A stretch of 64,000 nt of DNA, from positions 11,656,001 to 11,720,000 of the forward strand of contig OZ176052.1 in assembly GCA_964247055.1 (NCBI GenBank), read 5' to 3'. This DNA comes from Paragordius varius. Its lineage: Eukaryota > Animalia > Nematomorpha. The position numbers were made by a program, and so were the translations under genes. How positions within the stretch are numbered: position 1 is the stretch's first letter; the number at the start of each line of letters is the position of its first letter. This document shows, one piece after another, positions 37,260-50,100 of this stretch. Below the pieces are notes generated by a model. That model was not told the DNA's origin. It saw nothing but the letters and a program-made list of their open reading frames with translations, and did not search any database.

Positions 37260-40200
37260 TTAGGAAGATGCTTTGGAGTTATAACCTTCTTTCATGGTTT
37301 TTACAATGAAATCAAATGCTTTAGTATAAATGTTTTGGATGTTGTCGGTGTACCGGTCTTGTAAAGTTTCTTTAATTGCACTGAGGAACGGATCTCTGAG
37401 TTTCTATATAATAATATATATTTTATTTTAAAAAATTATAACTATGTTAATATATAAATCATTCATAAGACAAATTGATTTAGATTTCTTCCAGTTATCA
37501 CAACACCTACCTAGTCATTCCTAATACTTAATCAATAATATTTAAATTATTTGTATATCACCAACAAATTACTGATGATAAGTTTTTAATTTAAAATATG
37601 CTTGAATTTTAAATTAAATGAATGCTAAACACATGGCTAACATATGTACAAAGTTTTCCCGCTAGGCTAATATCTTTAAAAGCGGTCTCAAACACTGTTA
37701 AGATATTTATATCATGCGTATACCAAACTATATTGTGATTTATGTAGTGTAAAAATTAGTTTCTACCTACCTCATATACCTTTTACTATGATGATTTCAA
37801 GGTTAGATGCTGATCTAAGTCTGTTTAATTAATTATAATCCCATTAATGATACTAATATAAAAGTTTAATAATTTAATAATATTTATAAAACTGCACTAT
37901 TTGATCATTTAATTTGTGAAACACAATAATTTTAAAATAGTAATAAATAATTGTTATTTGCATTGGATTGGAAAAATATATTTATTGTTGTTCAATCATT
38001 GAGCTAAAACAGAAACAGTTTTGCATTTTCATTTTTACTAATGAAACAATTTATCCCACTTATGTATTAATTGTGTTCCTAACTAAATATTTTTAATCAA
38101 GTAGCTTTATTCAAAATCTAACAGTGGAGTTTGGTCTGATAGATAAAATGATAAACAATGGCGGCTTATAAAAATAACCGATAGATTTAAGCATATTTTT
38201 ATAGCGCAATATAAAATCAATTTATAACCGTAATAATTTTTAATGTAAAAAACCCAAATGTTATCTCTTGTATGGTTATTTATTTCATAAACACCAAAAA
38301 ACAAAATTCTTTGATTAATTCTGCTTTGTTTGTTTTATGAACTGTATTTTAAAATTGTGGTAAAAAGATGACTTTTGACGAAGGAATGCATTTTTAAGCC
38401 GCCAGATCGGTTACTATTTTTTAACCAGTCAAAAACCTAACCCTATTCAAGAGCAAATGTAGAAATCCATCAATTTATTATATTTAAAAGACAAAAATCA
38501 AATATCTCATCCTTTTTTCTTACATACAATCACCGCATAAAAGGGATTATAAAATTTTTTAAAACATATGAGATTTAAATTTTAATCCACTATGTTTGAC
38601 GCTAATTAGTATTCAATTTAAAATACATGTCATTTTTAAAATGCCATAAAATGGGATAGATTAGTTTCAGGGTCATAAAGAGCGTCCATAAAACGAACGA
38701 CAATTTGTTGGTAATTATCATTAAAAACATTTAAACTTTTTTCAAATATAATGCAAGTAATATAATTTTTTGTGTAAAATCAATTTATAAATTAAAAAAT
38801 AGTTAGAGCAGAGTGGAGATGTAAAGTTTCGGTGTTGCTTCAAAAGAATATTCTAACATTTTTATATTATTGTTATAGAACGAATTTGAAAAAGGCTATT
38901 TAAAACTTCTTTATAACTAGGTCCACAAAAATACTAAAGATAAGTGATAAGGGTCTTAAAATTTGTGAAATTGCATGTAAGCAAGTATAAATTTTGTTCA
39001 AACACTTTAATTTTTTTTCTTTTCATCCATTAAAAGACGTGTTTAACCAATTATATTGCTCTTTACTGTATCAATTACTTTCATATTAAATTTGAGTGGT
39101 CTGTTTAATGTGATTATTATTATAACATTAAGTATAGAGCTAACCACAGCCTATTGGATATATGTATTATTAATAACCATGACAATAAAACAACGCCTAG
39201 TTAAAATATATAAAAAAATTATTTCTGTAAAAACAAACCAACCCACTCTTTAAACAAAATTGTATGGAATGAAAAAAAGCCAAAACAATACTACACATCA
39301 TAAAGTCCAATAACAGGGAAAAAAATCAATATTCATATTCTTACATAATGGTATAACGTACAAAACGCTTCTATCTAGTGTTTGTGTAAGTGTATCGTGT
39401 GTAGTTAAACAATAATAAAAATCACTAAAACACGATGATTTATGGAATTCTCATATCTATCTCTCCAAAATTAATAAGTAAATAAAGGACAATTTGGTTA
39501 ATAATTTGAATGACAAAAAAAACAGTTTAAAAATCTATTTTCCCGTTTTATTTTTCTAACTAAGTAAACCACATGGCCCTTTAATAAAATTTCCTTCTTT
39601 TTTTGCTCATAAATTTTGATTTTGGTACAACATAAATATATGAATTGATCGGGATATAATATTAAACACTTATTGATGAGATGTAGACTCATAAATATAA
39701 ATTTATATACATTCGCATGTGTGTGTGTGCCTTAAAGGTAAATTTTGAGCCTAAGCCAATAGATAGTAGAGTATAGTATCGATAGCTGGCAACCAAAACT
39801 TACTGTCTTTTAACAGTTTTTCATTACATGATGGTATTTTGTACAAATAAACTATCTATATATTATTATATACCAATATAATATTTATGATAATCGAGTT
39901 GTTGACACATATATATGCCATAACTATTAATGAAATGATACAACCTCTCCAGAGATAAAATAAAATGATAGATTTAAGACAAATCATTTTAAAGAGAGGA
40001 GAAACAAAACTTGGCTACTGTTAGCTTTTTCCTATTATATACGATAAAATCATTCGAAAAAAATTAATAAGAAAGAGAGTTTTACATACATCAAAGTAGG
40101 AAGGATCAAAGTTTTTGAAGTTTCTATACGAATTTCCCAGGGCATAAAGGAAGTCCCTGAACTTGTCGTAATCCTCTAAGAGTGTGAAAGATTTTGTAAA

Positions 40201-41003
40201 GCCTGTCATTATGGATTCTGAGGTGGCTTCGATTGCATTGTCTTTGTCTTCGGGTTTTACATTTTGCATGATAATTTCCCGATATTCAGGGTTTTGTTCC
40301 AATAATCTATAAATGTATATGGGACAGTTGATTGATTCAATTAACGCGTTTCTCAAAAAAAAACTTTTCATTGTAAAATTTATCGTAATTTATGTGCATA
40401 AATTTTGATAAAATAAAATATAAATTGGTTTTGCATACCCCCGGTTTACACCTATAATAATTATTACTCTTAAGGCAAGCAATTGCATCGATAAATTTTA
40501 AAAATATTTGTGGAACCGAATTTTGGAGCATGTTTTATTTGGAAAGTCAACCAATTTGTGGCGCCCTTAAGTTAAGTAGCATGTAAAAAACGCCTTTAAA
40601 TAAAAAAGAAGATGCCATTTGATTTTAACTCTAAGGTGTGATATTTAGTATCGCTTCTCCTAATCAAATACTAGGTTTCCTAAAAAATGCAATTATCAGC
40701 GGAAAAAGTTATAAAATCAAAATAATCAAAACTTAAAAAAAACAGAAAAACTTACTTATTCATCATAAATGTGCCAGTTTGTTCCAAATCACGCGTGACA
40801 CCCTTCCAAGATTTGCCTGCCAGGAATATTTCTCGTCTGGTTAAAGGAACTCTCGGGTCATTCATGGGCGGTTTATCGTACATATCGGTGGCTGCTTGGC
40901 CATTGTCCCCCTTCTGTCCTCCACCTGCTCCTCCTGTTTTGTCGGTTTTTCGGGCTGTGCCATTTTGGTTATCGTTAGCGGTATTACTTGAAACACAACC
41001 CAT
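37260..41003 (-). CDS. N-terminally acylated globin (invertebrate neuroglobin-like / globin X-like), 202 aa, with atypical heme pocket
   Basis: Exons 41003-40756, 40306-40090 and 37403-37260 (609 nt, open). MGCVSS start. Family motifs DPRVPLTRREIF...SWKGVTRDLEQTG and YFD|KLRDPFLSAIKETLQDRYT...IY. Introns fall at the canonical globin positions B12.2 and G7.0. Confidence 0.9.
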
Positions 41004-41940
41004 ATAATACAATGTAATTCGGTGAATGATAGATTATAGATAAATGGCGATAATCAGAGAAAAAGAGGAATCATACAATTATTATCATGTTCTCAATTTC
41101 AATCATAGCGATAATGAATTTTTTGTGGTGCATTTCAATGATAGTTTGTAACTCTTCTTCTTTAGATATGTGGAATTTTAGTATCACGGCTCATTTCTCC
41201 ATAGGCATATACGCATAAAACAATAAATGTAATTATTACGATTTTTTATTTAGTATTTATTTATTGATGTATAAAAAAATCTGATAATAATTATTGTAAT
41301 AGCGTTAATATATTTATATTTAGAGGCTTACAAATCAAAGCTGCAGGCATACAATAATACTCTTTTATCTAATGTAAAAATACGTTTTGGTATGGAAAAA
41401 AAGTAAAAAAAATAATCAATGGATTCAATATATAATATTAACAGTAATATAACAAACAATAAACGTAAAATATAGATAGATATTATAACGTTACTTCAAT
41501 ATTATTGCTTGTTTATACGCTAGGAAATTAAACAGCATTCTTTTCTTCTCCTCCTCCACTCCCACCTATTAACCAGCTCTGGAGCAGTGATGCGCGTAAA
41601 ATATATATTTATTGATTTGTGAAGTGAACATCAGAAAAGAATTGTTATATAATACAAAATCTGACAAAGAGTCACCTTATTTCATTGATAAAAGAGGGGA
41701 TATAAACAACTTAAGTTAAAATTAATAATATAAGTAATTAAAAACGTTTATTTGGATGTAATCAAATATAAATAAAAAAAAACTTATAAAACGGTCATTT
41801 TGAAAAAAAATAGGCTGCCTTAATATTAATATGTTATTTATTTATTCATAACCTTATATGTGTACTACTGGGAAGAATTGAAGCAGACCTAACATTTTTG
41901 CGTTAAAATATGGATAAATTTACTATGCAGCTGTTTTTGT

Positions 41941-44900
41941 ATGGCTTATGAAAATAATTTGCAGAATACGGAAGGTTTCAAGATAAATGATTGTTTAGCG
42001 GACAAGTATCCTTATATAAATTATCAAAACCATAATCCTTATTTTACTGAAACATTGCAATCAAAATTTTCCGACAGTTCAGGCGGGCCATTTTATGAAA
42101 GCATTTATGATAAACATACTAAAAGTTTTGATAATCTACTCACAACATCTACTTATGTTAATTCTGATATATTGAATAAATCAACTGATTTTGAATCGAA
42201 ACATATCACTTCGGCTAATAGGTCATCATTGCGCAAATATTTGAATAAGAATTTGGGTATCGGAAACAAAACTCATGTAAATAATCGAACCAAGGATTTT
42301 GGGGATGTTAATAATTTTTTACACAGCAGTCCAAATAGTAAAAAGAATTTTTTGTTATGCTCAAGTATTCGATCGCACCCATCTTTAACAGATTATTTTA
42401 CTAAAACACCATCCCATATTTATACCAATGATAGTTGTCGCAACAAAAAATATAATAGCCATATACCATTGCGACATGTTGGCAGCTCATTTGATTTTTC
42501 CTCAGAAAACAATCAAATGAACCATCATGTTCATTCATCATCAAAGTTTTGGCCGTTTTCATGTAAGGCAAAAACGGATGCATTAAAGTTAAACGTTAGC
42601 AATAATAACAATGTTGCTACTAATTGTTATAAATACCATTTTTCTACGCGCGGATCCAAGGTTGCAGATACTAAAACTTTGTTTAACAACCATGTTAAAA
42701 GTAAAAACAATTATAATCATACAACCAGTAATATGAATGTTGGAGAGGCCACCAGTATTCGTCATATAAGATCCTGTTCGGCCGACAATGTGAACGCAAT
42801 AAATAATGAAATCTGCTCCCTTCCACCACCTCTCCTTATCAAAAATAATAATAGAAACATTAAATCAGAAAAGCCGTTGTATGAAAATACCAAGTTAATA
42901 GAAGGAGAATCAGACGATTTGACATCAAGTGACAAGGAGCTTAAACAACAAAAGAAAGATAATTATGCAATGATGGATCCGCTTTTGATCCAAATGTTTT
43001 GCATGCCATATGGTTTTTCCCATTTGGATATCCAAAGTGTTCAAGCTTCATATAATCTCATATACAAAGCCTTACAAGCTAAATACAATCAACATCAAAA
43101 ACAGCTCCAAGATAATCCTACCGGAAGAAAATCGATTCCGTCGAATGAAGATGGGAGCAATCCAGAATGCGGGTCACTAATTACTCAATCTCTTCCACCT
43201 GTAGCTAATTTTTTGCGAAAAGGAAACAATATTTTATCACGGCTACCGTTTAAATCAAGTTCGTCTGCTCAACAACCTAACGTTGTTTCTGCGCCAAACC
43301 CAAGCACCATCCTCAATAATAATAGTTGTGGTACAGATGCTTTTCCTTCCGCTGTACATGGTTCCTATATAGCCCATCAAATGAATAATGCGAAACGTAA
43401 TCAACATTCTCCCATTTCCTGTAAAACATCAACTCTTGAACCGACGGGTGCATCAGCTGCTTTGGTTGCTGATCACCTGTTTTCACAAGAGTTGAGTAGT
43501 AACAATGTTTCGCACCATCCAATGTATAAGGATGAACATCAGGGGTATGATGAGTTCAATAAACCTAAATATCCAATAAACTTAAATGATCTTCCTCATG
43601 CTTTTCCCTTGAGGTGTGGAAATGAACGAGCCTCCTCATTTTCTTTAAGCTCAACGGTCAAAACAAAATTCCATGGATCTACCGCTATAACGGGTCAACC
43701 CCTTTTCACTCAAGAACATTCAAACAATGCTAGTACCACTAGTTCTATATCTAACCTCCAGCATTTATCCCTAAAAAAGAAACCACTTGAATCAGCACTG
43801 ACGGTAAACGCCGCTACTTTTTATGGCTTGGACCAAGGCGATGGAATCTCCAATGAATTAGTTGAGAGTTGCGCTTACTTCCGAAATGAGATAGGAACAA
43901 CCATACATGGAGTTACAGCTAACAGCCCATATTTTCTTAGCAGTTCTTCTATCGCCGATAATAGTAGTACCAAAAATATAAAGTCTGAAATTTGTCAAGC
44001 TTCAAAAGATGACAAAAAATTGGCCAAACCCACCACAATAAATACTTTACCGTTCCCAAGTGTTGTGTGTAATTCAGTTTCCCTCCTGGATTATAGCATA
44101 ACACATTATCATTTCCTTAAACAACACGACCATGACCCATCATCCCCCAAAGTTGGGTGGAAACAACAATTATCTGTACACAACTCGAATTACAAATTGG
44201 AACATTTGGACCCCGGGGCATTTTTTTACCGCTCTTGTTTTGTCGGGAAAGGTATATAAATTAATAATTTTTTTAACACTGATATTACAGTAAAAATTAA
44301 AAGATAAGGCTTAATTTATTTATTAAAAGTGATGGTCAAAACTTTATTATTGCAATAATATGGTTTTTGAATTCGTAAAATCAACCATGGTTTAATTCTA
44401 TCTATCCGCGATTTATTTAAAAGTTTTCTATGGATTTTTTGAACATATCTAGGAACCCTATTATGTTGACTATAAAGAAAAAATTAGGATATGAAACCAT
44501 GGTTCTCTTATATATTGAAATTTTTCATTTTTTAGCATTAAATAAATTATACGCCTTAAATATTGATGATTGTATACATATTTTATATTTATAGAGCATT
44601 ACAATTTTTTCGGTGTTGATGAACATATTGGTCATGTTGCAATAAGTCTCAAGTATGAAAATGGCCATCTGAACTCCACATCTGACACAGATTTTAATAT
44701 TGAACCCCATGTCAAAATTATTATAAGAACATCTCAGGTTAGGTTTTTATCCTATAATATATTGTCATTTATGCAACCTTTTTATATACATGCATAATGT
44801 TAGGTTATTTAATATTTTTATGAACTTTCTAGACACACCGTTTCTACATAATAATTTATTCATGAAAATCACATGAAATTTATCATTTTCTTATTGATAA

Positions 44901-47056
44901 ATGAAGATGATTATGATATTATTAACAAAAAATTATATAACTTTTAGATTATAATATTTATTTTTTTTATAAAAAAATTCAACTAGAAATATGTATGAAA
45001 AGTTTCAATCAACCATATTTCCGGCTTCATATATGCTTTATATAACGTTACGAACATTGTTAATTTATAATGCATATTTTTATCTAATATATATATATAT
45101 ATATATAATATAAATTAAAAAAGGGGAAATATTTATTTATATAAAATTTATTTTTTGTTAAAAAGTTAAAGTTTTGTCGTCAAACTTGGAAAAAGTAAAA
45201 GAAAATAAAAAAAAACGTTAAAAGGGGGATTGTTTTATATAATTATTTCCACACTTGTTCTTGTTAAGTTAGACATTTATCATTCATTCAAGTGTGTGAC
45301 GCAAAATATATGCAAATAATATATAAGGTTTCAATTATTCATTTATATATAAATCTATTATATATTAAGGATCAAAATATGAACACACGAACATATATCT
45401 ATTAGTGGCATATTAGTGTTAAAAGTTTTTTAAATTGAAAGTAAATTTTATTTTATTAACTTTTTGACGACATCCTCTGGTAAAGTTTTAGTGTGACAAA
45501 TGGGGAAACATATATTTTTAAATTTAAACTTTTAAAATTGTAAATTATCAATTTTTTATTTATAATTGAAGGAGCTGAGTTATTGAAATAGTAACATTGC
45601 CATATATTATTGAATAAAGTATGGACTATATATTTAATTTACTGATATTTTTTTTATAAAACTAAATAAAATAGAAAAGCGTTGGTAATTTAATGGTCTC
45701 TATATTATTACAAATATATTATTTACATATCAAACACAATTTCATAATTAAAAATTTGACTAATTTGTTTGACTTCATCTATAATATGAAATATTAAAAC
45801 AAAAGCTAATTATGATAAATTAATTTTTTTATAATAGTTGTGCGCAATCAAAGGATACGTTCCAAATTTAATATTTTCCCCGAATCTCAAACACACATTT
45901 GCTCAGCCCACACCTGAAACCGTTATACGGTATATTATTACAACAACAAATAACTTAATTTTAACCAAAATATCATTTTTTGAAACTAGTGATTTTTGAT
46001 AATTAATCTTTACTCGTTTTCCCAAATCAACATTCTTTTTTACGAATGTTTTTTGAATCAATGTTGGCCAAAATGGAAAAAATATTGTATTCCAATAATT
46101 TTGCCTTTAATAAAAAATTACTGTTCCCGAGATTATAAAAAGGTTGTGATTTTATCTGTGAAAAATGGATATTCTATATAAACAATTTATGTGTTTATAG
46201 GTATGTATGTCCCTACTTAAATATTGGCTGCTTACGGAGTGCAGACCCTCAAAACACACCTAAAATTGAAGAAATGTTGTTGCGATTCGACGAACTTTTA
46301 GTACTTAATAATTGCAAAATTTTTAATTTTTCTGAGGATTGAAATTATTTAAAATTCGTTAAATTAAATTAAAGTAGTTAAAATATTTTACAACCCTACT
46401 TAAAAAATATAAGGTAAAAATGGTTGATTTTATAAATATAATATACAATTTCGGCGTTTGTAATTATTTTTCCTGCAATTTTATTAATATTAATTCTCTT
46501 GGCTGATATTATATGAAATTAATAATTTTATTTATAATATAATGCACACGCAGATAAAGAAAAACTATAAAATTGGTATTCTTTACTGCAAAAATGGACA
46601 AACAACTGAAGAAGAAATGTACAATAATGGTAAACGCCCTTATATTTTTATTTTTTTTAGTTTTTAAAACTTATTTATTAAATCATATATACCTTTTAAT
46701 GAAACAGATAATGAAAGCCCATATTTTCAAAACTTTCTTAGTCTTTTGGGCGAACGTGTCAGGTTAAAAGGATTCACCAAATACAAGGGAGAACTGGATG
46801 TTAAAAGTACCTCAATTAATATTTTATGATTAAATTCTTACTATATATGTGGTGAGGTGCATATTTTAAGAAATTTATATTTTTGTTAATAATTAATGTT
46901 TGAAAATCTTTACTATATCCGTATTCTTTTATTTTTAATCATTTTTCAAAATACCAAATTTTTCAAGCATATGATATTTACCTTTTTCATTTTTCAGTCT
47001 CTGTAATATGTGGATGTTACATAATCTATTGACCAAATTTTTTTTGTTTTTATACA

Positions 47057-47128
<72 letters not shown>

Positions 47129-50100
47129 AATATAGCCGATGCAACTGGTTTATATTCCCTTTACACTACGTTTAATCCTAACCCTAACCATCACCACCAT
47201 GGTTTAACCAATAAAATTAATACCAATCCACCAGTCACAACACAAAATATTGATACTACCCATCTACCATCTCATGAAAATAATACTTTTGCACCAAACA
47301 CTAGCGCAAAAATGCAAAATTCTCCCTCCTTTTTACCCAATAAAAATAGTACTGAAAATTTGTCCGATTCGGAAAGCCAAAAAGATGAAACTGATGAAAT
47401 AATCCAAATTATGTTTCATGTTTCAACTTGGCTCCCTCATGTCCCCAATCATAAACAGCAACTGTTAAGGAAACGACACATTGGAAATGATATAGTCACC
47501 ATCATTTTCCAAGATCCGTATTTAGAAGATTTTAATGCCACTACTTGGCTAAGCCAAACACATCACACTTCAAACATGAAAAAATTAAATTTTAATAATG
47601 AAAATTCTCCTTTAGTTTCTCAAAAATTATCTACCGCTTGTACTGAAAAACTAAAAACTCCCCTGGCTTTTAGTGCAAAACGTCTCCGATCTCATTACCA
47701 ACATGTATTTATCATAGTCAGACCAATAATAGTACAACAGCTACAAAATGGCTCAACTACCTCACAATATTCTTACAAGTATTACTAATTAATTAGTTGA
47801 AATTATTTTAATTCAGGAATAATAATACATGACTTTTCGATTACCACTAGTGTCTTTGTCGAATGTAAAAATAAACCAAAAATAAAGATATTTTACAAAA
47901 TATCAATTAGTCAATCTATAACCGGAACCGTTTTTAGTACCGGTTTCGATTATAGGCAATTATATTTAAAAATATTTTAGGGAAAATTATAATTTCAAAA
48001 ATGCCAAAAAAGTTTGGTTATGGTTTCCAATTGTTTTTGGTTAAATGGTTTCTATTGGGTTTATATTTTTTATATATTTAGATAACTTATTATAAAATCT
48101 AAAGATATAAACTGCAAAAAATTAATGTATGTATGTGGCTTTCATAGAAATCTACTCTATTATAATAAAAAAATCATATTAAACGATGTTGATAAACACA
48201 ATTCCGGCTCTATAAACGGTTTTTAACCGTTTTTGAGATTCGTTTGGAAACCGTTTTTTTAAAATATTAATTATAATTTTTACCTGTTTTTTGTTTGTAA
48301 ATTATGCAGATATATTATATACTATTTACAGTTCAAATTCACCCTTGAAAAATTTAAATTTACCCTCGAACAATTTAAATTCACCCTAAAAATAAATTAT
48401 GTGTTTTTGAACTTATGTAACTCATTATTAATATTTTTATGGCATAGTTTATTATTTTTTCAGTATTAAATTAATTTAAAACAAAATTTTTATTTTTTTA
48501 AAATATATAAAAATATAGGTAATTTTAATCTCAAGAAACATACATTTTATTTGAGGGTGAATATGAATTGTTCGAGGGCGAATTTGAATTGTTTTAGGGT
48601 GAAGTTGAATTGTTTAAAGGTAATTTGAATTGTAAATGGTGTATATGGTCAATATTTTATTAATTTATTTGTGTTTTAAAACAAATACTTATAATACAGA
48701 GTTGCAATCTCGAGATCCAAAAATCTTGAATTTTTTGGGCCCATTTTACCGAACGATGGCGTGTTCCATGACCCTACACACCTACGCGATTTTCTACTAA
48801 CTAAATGTAAATAATACATTTTTTTTAGCAAAATTATTGGAAATATTATTTGAAAAACTCTATCAGAATATTTTTCGATTCCAAGTACAGATATGGGTTA
48901 ACTTTTTTCCTAATTCGTCCTATATTTTTAAATAAGATATTATATATAAGGGAAAGACATATTAACATACAATTAAATATCTCTATTCCTGTTTGCAAAG
49001 CGAATAAATAGTAATAAAATATTTTTATCAAATAAAATTTCAACATTTTTTCATCCCCCGAAAAAAGGTATCAATGGTGTTAATGCCACAGCAAAATCAC
49101 CCAAATTTGCTAATATGGCCCTTCGAGCCAAACAAACTTGCCTCAAAGATTTATACAATTCTTATGGTTTGGCAAGAGATCATCCTTCAACTGATCCCTT
49201 ACTGCTTCCATTGAATACAAAAATGCCAAATAATACATTACCCTCATCAAATTATTATAATGAAAATGCAAATAGCAGCTTAAATAGGGTCCCTTGGTTA
49301 ACTTCTGAAGTTAATTCTGTTAGTTCAGACCTAATATATCCATATTATCTCCAAAATTATTCCTTTAATACGATTCCACCATATAATCATGTGTGCAGTA
49401 CATCAAACATTGCTTCAACCGCAAGCTCAAACATCAAAGTCCTATGTAAGTTTTGTGCCTATATATTCTTTATAAATGGGTATATTAAATTTATAAGCGA
49501 TGAATCTTGTAGGAGTAATCACCGTTTCCAGTTTGAATATTTGAGGTGGAGAGTTATGATATATGTTGCAACAAAGCCTTTAATAAATCTAAATCTTTTT
49601 ATCTGTGTCATAAAAAAATTTAGGTTAATTTTTATGGATCAAATAAAAGTTATTAACTCTATTATACCTTTTTCCGTTGACATAAAACAATTTTCACTCA
49701 TACATAATAACTGTAAAATGTTTTCTTTACCCATATTCATAATTTCATGCATGGTAGCTAAAATTTCACAATTGGGTTCAGCCGCTTTTTCTTTCCTTAA
49801 GAAACGAAGTCACGAATCTTTGGGCACAATTGCGACAAATGATGATATATGTAGTTCAACACAACAACATAATCATTTTATGACATCAGGAGGATTTTTT
49901 CATAAACAACTAGAAAAGAATTCTGATGTTGAGAATAAATACGTTCAACGATATAAATGGACTAACGCTTTAACTGAAACCAATAATAAACATTTAATGA
50001 CCAAAATTTATGATAACATTACGGGTGGGTGTTTTTGGCCCTTGTCTCACTTGCATTCATTTGCTCAAACTGAACAGTAATACTTTATAAATATATACAA

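Noticed and set aside
41941-44251. 770-aa low-complexity ORF as a separate novel gene
   Set aside because: It ends in the SIPA1L motif [11 protein letters not shown] and splices in frame to the GAP exons; a long disordered first exon is normal for this family.
46935-47144. 69-aa ORF with IYIYIY repeats
   Set aside because: Translation of a (TA)n microsatellite.
49115-50080. 321-aa ORF as one Rap GAP exon with a hydrophobic insert
   Set aside because: The middle (49446-49757) is AT-rich with a GTAAGT donor and an in-phase AG acceptor; best read as an intron that happens to be open.
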